From a virus: a DNA stretch of 62,350 nucleotides. The position numbers and the translations under genes are program-made. Of the stretch, positions 37,631-46,470 are shown in pieces. Position 1 is the first letter of the stretch, and every line of letters starts with the position of its first letter. Location of the stretch: the IMG/VR virus record IMGVR_UViG_3300017987_000016, one strand, 5' to 3'. The notes below the pieces were generated by a model. It did no database searches. It was not told where the DNA came from and worked only from the letters and a program-made list of their open reading frames with translations.

Positions 37631-39349
37631 TCATGTATTAAGCCAGCCAACACTATCCGGATCAATCGGGCTGTCTTTCACTTCGGGAACGTAGTCTTTG
37701 CTCCTGACTCGTTCCCATTCTTTTTCTTCTTCGGTCTTCGGTTTCTCTGGTATTTTGGCAAATGCATCCGCACAAACCCCGTACCTTACAACGTCGGGAA
37801 AATCTTTGTATTTCTGGACAATGGTTCCCTCACCTGATGCTTTTTCCTCCAATTGTTTCCCCTTCAATCTTGCACGAATATAATGAGTTAAACCGTTCCA
37901 GGTATGATAACAGGTATTCCAAATCACTAAACCTGGCTTATCATCCTCTAATAACTCCAATGCCCTGTTGACTCGCTTATGACCGTATGCAAGTTCTGTT
38001 TCTGTGGTGCTCTTGTAGGACTTCAAGAATATAAAATCATGCCCGGCTCTCCGGCCTCCGTCAAGATATAGTTCTGCAAAGGTCTTTTTGCCCCTTAACT
38101 GCCAGCCAAAATGACGATCCAGAATACGGGTAAACTGCATAAATCGCTTTTTATCCTCGAAATGGTTGTACTTCTTCTCAAATTCCAACCAAAGTTCAAT
38201 TTCTTGGTCGATGGTATATGTCTTTTTCATCTCCCAAAAAGGTCTGTCAACCTCGTAAGGGCACTCACCGAATACAATCTTACGTCCGTTCGGACATATT
38301 GCCATCCAAATAGCTACCGAAGGTCTCGAGTCGTGCGGGTCTACAATGTGTAAAATATGTGAATAGTCAGGTATGGGATAATCAGCAGGGGAAACAAGAT
38401 GTTTGGCTTTATCAAGCATCGGATGAATCATGCCTGAAAAGTACATAAACTCGCCGTAAACCCTTGCCTCTCGTTCCTCTGCGTCATAACCTTTTACCAT
38501 ATCGTCGACAATATCCGGTTCCAGGTGTCCTCGTATGCCTCTTTTTTGACAGGCATCGTAAACCGTGGCTGTCAAATGATAATAACCTGGAATCCCGTCA
38601 TCAGCAGCCCGTGTGACTTCGTCTAAAATATAGGGCGGACAGTACAACGGTGTCATGGGCATTAAAACGATACAACCTTTACGTCTGCGGGACTTTATGG
38701 CCTTCCAAATGCCCTCAGGGGCCGGTTCGTCCAGTACAATAATCCCTACAGTAGACGACTCAAACTCTCCCGGGTCCTGATTGTAAGTCTTAAAATACCA
38801 AGTCCAGCCGTTAGGAAACTGTATCTTGGAAATGACTCTCTTACCTTCTTTGGTCTCTGTGTATTCTCTGCCTATATGTAGCTGTTTCTTAACGATTTCC
38901 TCGAGCATGGGCTCCACTGTTTCGGCTATCGCGTCCGGTCTTGAACAGTACCATATTTTCTTCGGAAGCGGAAAATTTTGAAAAATCGGATAATCAAACC
39001 ATCCATTCTGCGGACCGTAAATGAAGTTTAGAAGGATGTGTAGGGTTGTAGTGGTCTTTCCGACACCGTTGGCATAAGTGCACAGTATTACTGGGATTTT
39101 TGTCTCTTCCAGGCTCTTAGCTACGGTCTTGATATACTTTTCTGCGGGCCCGTTGGCACAGTAGAATTTTAGCGGATCAAGAAGAACCCCTGCGTAAAAT
39201 TCCTTTTTCTGCTCCGCTGTATCTAATTTTTCTGCAATAGCTTCCGGTTGCGTAGATAAAAAGCTAAGCACCAGAAATACCCCCAACACTTTCAGCCAAT
39301 TCAACCGCTCTCTCCAAAACACTGTTGATTTTTCCAATGATTTCCTCAT
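37631..39349 (-). CDS. terL: Terminase large subunit
   Basis: Walker A CTYANGVGKTTTTLH, Walker B-like GIIVLDEPAPE, C-terminal nuclease-size domain; the true start may be the GTG near 39270 because 39349 overlaps terS by 86 nt. Confidence 0.85.
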   Translation of the reverse strand: MRKSLEKSTVFWRERLNWLKVLGVFLVLSFLSTQPEAIAEKLDTAEQKKEFYAGVLLDPLKFYCANGPAEKYIKTVAKSLEETKIPVILCTYANGVGKTTTTLHILLNFIYGPQNGWFDYPIFQNFPLPKKIWYCSRPDAIAETVEPMLEEIVKKQLHIGREYTETKEGKRVISKIQFPNGWTWYFKTYNQDPGEFESSTVGIIVLDEPAPEGIWKAIKSRRRKGCIVLMPMTPLYCPPYILDEVTRAADDGIPGYYHLTATVYDACQKRGIRGHLEPDIVDDMVKGYDAEEREARVYGEFMYFSGMIHPMLDKAKHLVSPADYPIPDYSHILHIVDPHDSRPSVAIWMAICPNGRKIVFGECPYEVDRPFWEMKKTYTIDQEIELWLEFEKKYNHFEDKKRFMQFTRILDRHFGWQLRGKKTFAELYLDGGRRAGHDFIFLKSYKSTTETELAYGHKRVNRALELLEDDKPGLVIWNTCYHTWNGLTHYIRARLKGKQLEEKASGEGTIVQKYKDFPDVVRYGVCADAFAKIPEKPKTEEEKEWERVRSKDYVPEVKDSPIDPDSVGWLNT

Positions 39350-39740
39350 TTACGTCGTGTGTGAGTTTGTCTTCCCATCCCATGTTTTTAAGCGCAAAAA
39401 TAGCTCCGGTCACATTGCCATATTGCAACTGCTCCTCATACTCAACCTCAATAAATAATCGCGCTCTTTTTATTATGTAAGAAAACTCTTTTCTTTTACC
39501 GTAGTCATAAAAACTTTGTCTGCTCTCAAATCCCAAATAATATGCTAATCCTGTAATCGTTGGAACTGGAACTTCAATCTCTATTTGATTTGGCACTCTA
39601 CCGATTAATATTTTACGCTTTTTTAACCCACTGTTAAAATACTCATCAATCTTTTGTATAATATCCTCTACGTTCTCATATTTGGGCGGTCTGCCCCCAT
39701 TATTCCCAATTGCAAATTTATTTCCTTTTGGTGCACCCAT
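39264..39740 (-). CDS. terS: Terminase small subunit
   Basis: MGAPKGNKFAIGNNGGRPPKY...ITGLAYYLGFESRQSFYDY...TGAIFALKNMGW, a typical small-terminase signature. Confidence 0.8.
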   Translation of the reverse strand: MGAPKGNKFAIGNNGGRPPKYENVEDIIQKIDEYFNSGLKKRKILIGRVPNQIEIEVPVPTITGLAYYLGFESRQSFYDYGKRKEFSYIIKRARLFIEVEYEEQLQYGNVTGAIFALKNMGWEDKLTHDVNEEIIGKINSVLERAVELAESVGGISGA

Positions 39741-39930
39741 CTTTTTATCTTTTTTTGCTCAATTTCATTTTTTTACAACTTTCTTCACGCACAAATTATT
39801 GAACTTAGCTCAAGTAGGTAAAAATTTCCCTTGACAAATTTATTTTTATTGCTTACCTTTACATAGTCATTAATCACAAGTCGGGAGTTGCTCCGTGAAT
39901 GCGACATTTTTTTATTCCCCCGTTAATCAT

Positions 39931-40000
39931 TCCCTGGTCTGGCTATATCGTAAGAATAGCCACGGCTTACTTGTGAGCCGATGACAAGGCCAGGGATTTT
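39931..40000 (+). other. Three-way-junction RNA-like structure ending in a U-run, in the leader of the plus-strand island (attenuator or riboswitch-like candidate)
   Basis: P1 tccctggtc/ggccaggga, P2 tggctat/atagcca, P3 cggct/agccg, then ttttatatt; tcacaagt at 39874..39881 is complementary to acttgtga at 39969..39976. Confidence 0.3.
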
Positions 40001-40015
40001 ATATTGAGGTATATC

Positions 40016-40144
40016 ATGAAATATAAACATGTTGACTACTCCGCTCTTGATGATGAGGTTATCGTCCCGTCACACAAAAACATCATCATTTTTGCTCTTC
40101 TGAAACTTTGGAATCGAATCAAATCTCTTTTACTGTCATGGTGA
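40016..40144 (+). CDS. Small hypothetical protein (42 aa)
   Basis: GAGGTATATC before the ATG; MKYKHVDYSALDDEVIVPSHKNIIIFALLKLWNRIKSLLLSW. Confidence 0.35.
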   Translation: MKYKHVDYSALDDEVIVPSHKNIIIFALLKLWNRIKSLLLSW

Positions 40145-40150
40145 TATAAA

Positions 40151-40381
40151 ATGAAGTGGATACGAATAAATGTAAATGACTGTGAGCGTATTAATGTTTT
40201 TCGTTCTGATTATGGGAAGGCTTTACAGATATGGGTTTCTTCCGATAAATTGCCCTTTTCCCCTACTCCTGAAATATATTTCCGTCGCACAAAGAAAAAT
40301 AACTTTGTCTGCATATACGACAATGTGGGCTATGTTCTCACTGGCAATATTCGCTCATTTTTACTAAAATCAATGTCATAA
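40151..40381 (+). CDS. Hypothetical protein (76 aa)
   Basis: ORF track. Confidence 0.45.
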   Translation: MKWIRINVNDCERINVFRSDYGKALQIWVSSDKLPFSPTPEIYFRRTKKNNFVCIYDNVGYVLTGNIRSFLLKSMS

Positions 40382-40401
40382 AACACAAGGAGAAAGCCGT
40401 C

Positions 40402-40605
40402 ATGAATGCACAAGAAACCTTTTTACACGATGTAGCCCAAGAGCATCAGGGAAAACGAGTTGACTTTTGGGACTCGGATCAACGTTTACACTCGGCTCAC
40501 TTTGTCAGGATCAACTTAACAGGTGAATGGATCGTCAGGGATTTGGCCGGAAACGAATTCGCCGTCGATCTGTTCAGAATCAGAAATCTTTCAGACTTTT
40601 CATAA
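40402..40605 (+). CDS. Hypothetical protein (67 aa)
   Basis: AAGGAGAAAGCCGTC before the ATG. Confidence 0.5.
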   Translation: MNAQETFLHDVAQEHQGKRVDFWDSDQRLHSAHFVRINLTGEWIVRDLAGNEFAVDLFRIRNLSDFS

Positions 40606-40623
40606 ATCACAAGGAGGTATATC

Positions 40624-41607
40624 ATGCCTCAAGCAGATTATGAAGACCGCAAACAAGCCCGAATTGAGCGTTTACGGGCAAGTGCTGAAAAAGCCGAAGA
40701 AGAATCACAACAAACAAGAGAACAAGCTGATAACATGGCACGGGCAATACCTTTCGGGCAACCCATCCTTGTGGGTCATCACTCAGAAAAACGTGACCGG
40801 AATTACCGCAACAAAATCCATAACAAATTCGGCAAATCCATTGCGCTCCAAGAAAAGGCTGACCATTTAACCAAGCGTGCCGATGCCGCCGAAAGCAACC
40901 GAACCATATCTTCTGACGATCCCGAAGCACTCACCAAACTACAGGAAAAAATTACTAAACTTGAAGAAGAACGAAACCGGATGAAAGTCTTTAACAGGGC
41001 GTGGAAAACCTACGAAAAGGGCGATGATTCAAAGTTAAAAGTTCTCGGTTTGGATGATGCTGGAATTCAACGAATGAAAACCAAAATCGACAATGACTAT
41101 TCCTGGAATAAACAGCCTTTCGCTTCTTGGCAATTATCAAATCTTGGAGCAACTATTCGGTCAGCTAAACAACGCCTTGAACATTTAAGCGTCCAATTTA
41201 ACGCTGTAACCAATTCCGAAACCTTTGGAGATGTTGAGATCATCGAAAACGCCGAAGAAAACCGATTGCAAATAGTTTTTCCAGGTAAGCCAGACGCGAA
41301 TATCCGCTCCGAATTAAAACGCCGTGGCTTCCGGTGGTCTCCAAGAAACAAAGCCTGGCAACTCCACCTCACTAATGCAGCCAAATGGAAAGCCCATCAA
41401 GTCGTCGAAATATACCTCAAAGACAAATACCAGAAAGAAAACGGTTTAAGCTTTGAAGATGCCGACTTCCAATTATTCCCTGAGGTCACCCCAAAGATTA
41501 AAAAACAATGTTCTTTATGTCTTTGGGCTGGAGCTGAATGTAAAAACAAATCCATGCTTAAATTATCCATCGACGGCGAGTGTGCAGCTTATACCTATTA
41601 CGATTGA
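40624..41607 (+). CDS. DUF3560-like protein (family typical of plasmid and ICE/phage accessory regions)
   Basis: AIPFGQPILVGHHSEKRDRNYRNK core motif; C-terminal RLQIVFPGKPDANIRSELKRRGFRWSPRNKAWQ module. Confidence 0.6.
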   Translation: MPQADYEDRKQARIERLRASAEKAEEESQQTREQADNMARAIPFGQPILVGHHSEKRDRNYRNKIHNKFGKSIALQEKADHLTKRADAAESNRTISSDDPEALTKLQEKITKLEEERNRMKVFNRAWKTYEKGDDSKLKVLGLDDAGIQRMKTKIDNDYSWNKQPFASWQLSNLGATIRSAKQRLEHLSVQFNAVTNSETFGDVEIIENAEENRLQIVFPGKPDANIRSELKRRGFRWSPRNKAWQLHLTNAAKWKAHQVVEIYLKDKYQKENGLSFEDADFQLFPEVTPKIKKQCSLCLWAGAECKNKSMLKLSIDGECAAYTYYD

Positions 41608-41722
41608 TAACCATAAGGAGTAATAGCCATGGAACACACACCCGCAAGCATGTTGCTTGTGGCCGGTGGGCTGGCGGAACCAGCCTGACCAACGACGGCA
41701 CGTATGCCGTAAGGAGAATACC

Positions 41723-42034
41723 ATGATAGCCATCATCAATAACAAACGGTATAATACGGAGACTGCCACCCACATCTACGGATGGAGCAACGGACATTAT
41801 ACCAACGATTTTGCCCGTCGGTCGAAAGATTTGTATCGCACCAAAAAAGGTACATGGTTTATCCACCACACTGGCGGGCCAATGACCGACATGGCCTCAT
41901 CTCACGGATCAAACCTTGGCTGGGGCGAAAAAATCGAGCCTGTCTCCGATACCGATGCTTTCCGGTTCCTGCAAACCCACGGCGGCGAAGAAGCAGCCGA
42001 TAAATACTTTGGGGACCAGATCGAAGAAGCTTAA
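41723..42034 (+). CDS. Conserved hypothetical protein (103 aa), family seen next to DUF3560-type genes on mobile elements
   Basis: TAAGGAGAATACC before the ATG; MIAIINNKRYNTETATHIYGWSNGHYTNDFARRSKDLYRTKKGTWFIHHTGG... Confidence 0.5.
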   Translation: MIAIINNKRYNTETATHIYGWSNGHYTNDFARRSKDLYRTKKGTWFIHHTGGPMTDMASSHGSNLGWGEKIEPVSDTDAFRFLQTHGGEEAADKYFGDQIEEA

Positions 42035-42110
42035 AAACTCCCGTCTTGTCAAAGAAACGCCTTGCCCCTTCTCCTCGGACTCGCAACCTTGCAGGAGGGG
42101 CTGGCAAAAA

Positions 42111-42143
42111 GCCCTGCCTTATTCGGCGGGGCTTTCTATTTCT
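42111..42143 (+). terminator. Rho-independent terminator closing the plus-strand island (convergent with the early minus operon)
   Basis: gccctgcc-ttattc-ggcggggc (one G-U pair) followed by tttctatttct. Confidence 0.6.
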
Positions 42144-42342
42144 AATTCATATCCCATAAAACGAAGCATCTTTTCAAGGTCTGGTGTCTCAAACTCTTGA
42201 AAAATATCTTTTGTTTCGGTGTCCGCATCTTCATCCATTATAAAAAAATGCGCATATTCAACTATCTGAATGTACGCATTATATAAATTAATGTCAATAG
42301 GCGTTTATGCTATTTAGGTGGGTTTGTGTCAACGTTTTTTCC

Positions 42343-42525
42343 CTACCACTTACATCTGCAATGTGCTGCCTGCTCCCCCCTTGCCTTTTCTTCTAATAAT
42401 CTTTTAATCTGCTTATCCTTTGGGTCTTCACTATTTTTTACGCTGTCATATAATTTTGAATCTTCAATATTCAAATACGCATAACGGCTCGGCTCAAGCT
42501 TATCTCTTTCTAGCTCCACCCTCAA
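42343..42525 (-). CDS. Hypothetical protein (about 58-60 aa, non-ATG start)
   Basis: Track start is TTG; a GTG 6 nt downstream follows AAGGAGGGTTGAGG. Confidence 0.35.
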   Translation of the reverse strand: MRVELERDKLEPSRYAYLNIEDSKLYDSVKNSEDPKDKQIKRLLEEKARGEQAAHCRCKW

Positions 42526-42752
42526 CCCTCCTTTTTATCTATCGGCAAAAACACCCTTGTTCTTTTGTTGTCCAAAATCACTTCATGGGTTACTGGTTTC
42601 TGGTTTATAATCACCGAAACCTCAGAAAAAATATGTCCGCATTCCTCACATCGTCTTTTTCTGGTCACTCCTTCTTTCTGGAATGTTTTCCGAGTTTCTT
42701 TGACTCTTGTTTTTGAAGAACCACATTTAGGACATTCTATAAATTGTGTCAT
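42522..42752 (-). CDS. Zinc-ribbon regulator (Ogr/Delta-like or NrdR-N-like), late-transcription activator candidate
   Basis: CPKCGSSKTRVKETR...RRCEECGHIFSE four-Cys ribbon; last regulator-like gene of the early operon. Confidence 0.45.
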   Translation of the reverse strand: MTQFIECPKCGSSKTRVKETRKTFQKEGVTRKRRCEECGHIFSEVSVIINQKPVTHEVILDNKRTRVFLPIDKKEG

Positions 42753-43027
42753 GGCTGCTCCAATTCTATTAACTTTCCATTCTCAGCAATAAAGAATCCT
42801 TTGTAATACGCACACCCGATCGTGCCGTTCATTTTCTCAACGTACTCAATGTCACTATTCCTCGCCTGTCGTGCCGTTACTTTTCCGTACTTTGTTCTCA
42901 TTTCTCTACCATACGGCCCGGGCCATTTCAAAACTTTCCCGGGATTTGTAATCACAACCCATATTCTACCCTGACCGACTAATTCTCGTAACCGTTTTAA
43001 ATGCTTTTGGGTGATGTAGTTATTCAT
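42749..43027 (-). CDS. Hypothetical protein (92 aa)
   Basis: ORF track. Confidence 0.45.
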   Translation of the reverse strand: MNNYITQKHLKRLRELVGQGRIWVVITNPGKVLKWPGPYGREMRTKYGKVTARQARNSDIEYVEKMNGTIGCAYYKGFFIAENGKLIELEQP

Positions 43028-43061
43028 GTTATCGCCTTTTTTGTTTATTCATTTTTTACCA

Positions 43062-43277
43062 TTAATAAAAACCTGTCTTTTTTAATTTATCATATAGCTT
43101 ATCGCTTAATTTTTTCACTTGCTCTTTTAGACTAAGTATATGTATTTCTTCCGATAAATACCGTTGATCAATTATATCTAATATCCATTCGGACATTATA
43201 TTCGCCAACTTTCTTTTTCTTAGCTGTATTAATTCTTTAAATGATTGCGTTAAATCTGTTTTAATTTTCTTTTTCAT
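43062..43277 (-). CDS. Hypothetical coiled-coil protein (71 aa)
   Basis: ORF track. Confidence 0.45.
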   Translation of the reverse strand: MKKKIKTDLTQSFKELIQLRKRKLANIMSEWILDIIDQRYLSEEIHILSLKEQVKKLSDKLYDKLKKTGFY

Positions 43278-43386
43278 TTTTCACCCTCGCTATAAATCCC
43301 CAACCTTCGCACTTGGCAACCAAAAGAGCAATGACTGCTAAATTAATAATTTCACCGAAGCCTCTGCCGATTTTTTCTGGTTTCAT
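43261..43386 (-). CDS. Small membrane-associated peptide (41 aa)
   Basis: MKPEKIGRGFGEIINLAVIALLVAKCEGWGFIARVKNEKEN; shares the WG(I/F)IARVK C-terminus and underlying DNA with 43965..44339. Confidence 0.3.
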   Translation of the reverse strand: MKPEKIGRGFGEIINLAVIALLVAKCEGWGFIARVKNEKEN

Positions 43387-43578
43387 TCTCAATTTCCCCA
43401 AATCACCATTATATCTAATCATCCCAAAGAGCAACTATCAATGAAATTATCGCTACGCATAATACTATTATTGAAAAAACCATTTTCCCCATCCAAGGTT
43501 TAAGAGCCCTACTTATTGTTCACCCCAATAATAAGATTTCCCAGTAAATATTGCTCTAATCTTGTCTGATTGACATAT

Positions 43579-43968
43579 CTAATCATGGGATGACCTTTTT
43601 CTTTTAACATTTCCTTTTTTAATTTTCCTCAATGCAGTCCGAAACAAATATTGAAAATAATAATTAACCGCTTCTGAGTCAGGTTCAATTTTAACTCGCT
43701 TCACTGTAGCCTGAACAGAATGTAATATTTCGTGGGCGAGAACAGCATAATCCTCAACGCACCATTTAAAATTCTTTAGCCATACTACGTTTGTCTGAAA
43801 ACCATCTTTTGTTCTTATCAAGTGCGATGCCTGTCCTGCCTGATATTGCCATTCTTCCATCTCAACATCCCAACTCCTCTTTAAATATCTTTGATAATCT
43901 TCCCATTTACCTATAATGACAATTAAATCAACACCATAAACATAATCAAATATTTTATATATTTTCAT
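43579..43968 (-). CDS. HExxH zinc-metallopeptidase-like protein (129 aa)
   Basis: VLAHEILHSVQ; ATG 43968 in an ATGA overlap with the upstream stop. Confidence 0.45.
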   Translation of the reverse strand: MKIYKIFDYVYGVDLIVIIGKWEDYQRYLKRSWDVEMEEWQYQAGQASHLIRTKDGFQTNVVWLKNFKWCVEDYAVLAHEILHSVQATVKRVKIEPDSEAVNYYFQYLFRTALRKIKKGNVKRKRSSHD

Positions 43969-44339
43969 TTCACCCTCGCTATAATTCCCCAATTTTCAAG
44001 ATGCCAAATAACCTCACAGTCTTTAAGCCATTCCAGTCTTGACAGTTGAGGTCTGGATTGTGCCTCTAAGCGTCCCCAAAAAATGTACTGAACATCATTA
44101 CTTTTACACCAGGGTATAAAATCTTGCGTCTCTATGTCTTGGGGGATGCACCGAAACTTTAAGCCCAGCATAAAAGCTTGATTTGCCTTTCTCGCTGTTA
44201 GGGTTCCGGTTAAGTTGAGCTTTGTTTTGGCCTGGCCTAAGTAGACCAAACCCTCGTCCTGAAGGTCTGCCCATCGATCGATGTTGACTGCAACGACAAA
44301 GGCACTAATCAGGATTATTGCTATTATCGTTATTTTCAT
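43965..44339 (-). CDS. Membrane-anchored or secreted protein (124 aa)
   Basis: ATG 44339 (ATGA overlap); MKITIIAIILISAFVVAVNIDRW. Confidence 0.45.
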   Translation of the reverse strand: MKITIIAIILISAFVVAVNIDRWADLQDEGLVYLGQAKTKLNLTGTLTARKANQAFMLGLKFRCIPQDIETQDFIPWCKSNDVQYIFWGRLEAQSRPQLSRLEWLKDCEVIWHLENWGIIARVK

Positions 44340-44614
44340 TCGTCTTTTCCCTTTCGAGAATCTTCTTTTTTCTTGGGTGTTAAAACAAGCATTACGCAAT
44401 CATCATCTGCAAACGCTCTTAACCATCCGCCGTGACAAAAATTAACTTTATAACCCAAAACGTTACCATAATTTTCATAAAAAGAACCATGTTTCGTTTC
44501 AATTGTAATATCATCGGCTACCGTAATCATTTGTAAAGCTTGCTTTTCATTTTCGTTTTCAGGGGCAAACATTATTTGCTTTACTCCGTCAGCCAACACT
44601 ATCGCACATTTCAT
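44336..44614 (-). CDS. Hypothetical protein (92 aa)
   Basis: ORF track. Confidence 0.45.
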   Translation of the reverse strand: MKCAIVLADGVKQIMFAPENENEKQALQMITVADDITIETKHGSFYENYGNVLGYKVNFCHGGWLRAFADDDCVMLVLTPKKKEDSRKGKDE

Positions 44615-45542
44615 GGCTTAATCTCCTTATAAACAAACTTGCCCCAATTAAAACCGGCAACATCACCGGCAGGAAAAACCGCATTGAATAAAACGTCAAG
44701 CTCACCGTCCCGATCATCACCACACCAATTATAATTAACTCCCAACGCTTCTGTCTAACCAATTCATAAAACGCCAAGACTAACACTATCCCAAACAGCG
44801 GCCACATTTCAGACATAAACTGAATCGGGAATAGCCAGAGATTTTTCAGGATCGCCCCGAAGTTCAAGGCCGTGCCTTTCTGCATGACGTTCATCCCGAA
44901 ATTATTTCCAAGGATCCCGAATCCGTTTCTCAGGTTTAAAAATCCCTGAAACCCGACAAGACTCAAAAACGGAACTAAAAATAGCCAAATCTTACGCCAA
45001 GGGATGAACAACGTTAAGATTAATAACAATATCATGGGATAACGAGTACAAAACGCAAGACCGGCATAGACCCCCGACAATACAAAGAAAATATTCACAC
45101 CCAGGGAGGAATTGTTAAATTTTGATAATCCGTTTATCCAACAGCCATCACACCAACCCCAATATGCACCGCACATAAACAACCACGCCAACGAGTCAGT
45201 CGTCAAATGGTAGGAACACCACCAGAACAGGGGACTTATCAACAGTAAAATAACTCCCGTCCAGCCCGTCAGTTGAAAGATGAAGAATAGACTTAGTGCC
45301 ATTGATAACGCTGAAATCATCCGACCTGACATCATCCAATCACCCCAGACTTCGTGAAAAACTTTAAGGGTATAGGTGTAGACGAATCCGTGAAACTGAT
45401 CGACGTGTTCACCTTTCACTGCTGGCACGAAATTCCAGGGGAAGTCTGTATCCCCATCGTAGTTGGGGACTGAATGAGGGATCAGCCAGATCATACAGAA
45501 AACGAGGAAAATTAACAGCCAAATTTTATGTGCGGATTTCAT
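44589..45542 (-). CDS. Polytopic membrane protein (317 aa, about 9-10 TM), GT-C-type glycosyltransferase / O-antigen-modification-like candidate
   Basis: Multiple hydrophobic helices; acidic first loop PNYDGDTDFPW as in GT-C enzymes. Confidence 0.4.
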   Translation of the reverse strand: MKSAHKIWLLIFLVFCMIWLIPHSVPNYDGDTDFPWNFVPAVKGEHVDQFHGFVYTYTLKVFHEVWGDWMMSGRMISALSMALSLFFIFQLTGWTGVILLLISPLFWWCSYHLTTDSLAWLFMCGAYWGWCDGCWINGLSKFNNSSLGVNIFFVLSGVYAGLAFCTRYPMILLLILTLFIPWRKIWLFLVPFLSLVGFQGFLNLRNGFGILGNNFGMNVMQKGTALNFGAILKNLWLFPIQFMSEMWPLFGIVLVLAFYELVRQKRWELIIIGVVMIGTVSLTFYSMRFFLPVMLPVLIGASLFIRRLSHEMCDSVG

Positions 45543-45572
45543 TGATTTTCACCTTTGAATACAACCGTATCT

Positions 45573-45719
45573 TCATCTTGACCTCTCCTTCAAATATTTA
45601 ATAACATTAATAAACTTCGGCCCAAGGAAGACAAATCCCATTAGACCACAAAATATTCCCCAGGCCATACCTATCGGGTAGATGATATATTTTAAAATAC
45701 ATCTCGTTAACTTTTTCAT
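45573..45719 (-). CDS. Small membrane protein (48 aa)
   Basis: MKKLTRCILKYIIYPIGMAWGIFCGLMGFVFLGPKFINVIKYLKERSR; hand translated. Confidence 0.4.
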   Translation of the reverse strand: MKKLTRCILKYIIYPIGMAWGIFCGLMGFVFLGPKFINVIKYLKERSR

Positions 45720-45720
45720 T

Positions 45721-45936
45721 TTATCGGCCTGAGAATCGCATAAACAAGATTTCGTATTCGCCTTCTTCGGTCGACGAAAGTGTGGCTATGACAAAATTAC
45801 ATCTCTTACAGATAATGTCTCCCCAGTATCCGTATTCCAGACAATCTTCATGCTGCACTAACGGACAGATAATAAATTCTTGCATGCTATCGCAGCATTC
45901 ACAGTATATTTTTAAGATTGGTTTTTGCTGGCTCAT
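45721..45936 (-). CDS. Cys-rich zinc-ribbon protein (71 aa)
   Basis: CECC...C and CKRC pairs. Confidence 0.45.
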   Translation of the reverse strand: MSQQKPILKIYCECCDSMQEFIICPLVQHEDCLEYGYWGDIICKRCNFVIATLSSTEEGEYEILFMRFSGR

Positions 45937-46266
45937 TCAAAGTTCCCCAGGTTTCTCATTAAGCATATCGTATACTTCAGCAAAATCATCTTTTTGTTTT
46001 TGCGTCAATCCATCAATATAAATTCCACAGCGCACTATGACATTCATTACTTTTCGGGTTTCTTGAGGTGTTAATTTTATGGTGTCGCCTATAGCTATGT
46101 CTATTTTCATGCGTGAATTTGGACTCGGTTTTATTAAACCACGTTCCCACTTTTTCCATGTGTTCAGATGTACACCTGCAATACCCGCACAGACTTTTTG
46201 TGTAAGATTCAACTCATTACGTCTTTTTCTAATGTATTCGGGTGCGTATTTTCCGTTTCCGCTCAT
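45937..46266 (-). CDS. XRE-type HTH regulator (109 aa)
   Basis: IRKRRNELNLTQKVCAGIAGVHLNTWKKWERG. Confidence 0.6.
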   Translation of the reverse strand: MSGNGKYAPEYIRKRRNELNLTQKVCAGIAGVHLNTWKKWERGLIKPSPNSRMKIDIAIGDTIKLTPQETRKVMNVIVRCGIYIDGLTQKQKDDFAEVYDMLNEKPGEL

Positions 46267-46453
46267 TTAATTCTATCTTTCTTACACATTCTGGACAAAG
46301 ATCAATACTTTCACCCCTTCCCGTATAAACCTGTTGCCAACCAACCTCTTTTGCGTCCCTTCGAAGTCTCCGGACAGACTTATTTGAGAAAATGAATGTC
46401 TTTCGACAATCCTCGCCATTACAGTGTAGTTGATAAACCCTTATTACCGACAT
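46229..46453 (-). CDS. Zinc-ribbon protein (74 aa)
   Basis: HCNGEDC ... CPEC. Confidence 0.45.
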   Translation of the reverse strand: MSVIRVYQLHCNGEDCRKTFIFSNKSVRRLRRDAKEVGWQQVYTGRGESIDLCPECVRKIELNERKRKIRTRIH

Positions 46454-46470
46454 TTAATTACTTTATTCCT

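Noticed and set aside
39931-39996. A tRNA-like cloverleaf in the terS upstream region
   Set aside because: There is no T arm, the D-like stem is 7 bp, and the anticodon-like loop has 8 nt. I report it only as an unclassified structured element.
41558-42107. Minus-strand ORFs 41558..41869, 41563..41775 and 41859..42107
   Set aside because: They lie antisense in the GC-rich island, where stop codons are rare. They are R/P/C-rich, whereas the plus-strand genes have strong AAGGAG sites.
42260-42335. Sigma70-like promoters (TTGACA boxes at 42293..42298 and 42327..42332 on the minus strand; also TTGACA at 39832 and inside the 21-bp inverted repeats)
   Set aside because: Spacing to acceptable -10 elements is poor or ambiguous, and the host promoter consensus is unknown. 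I do not report them as features.
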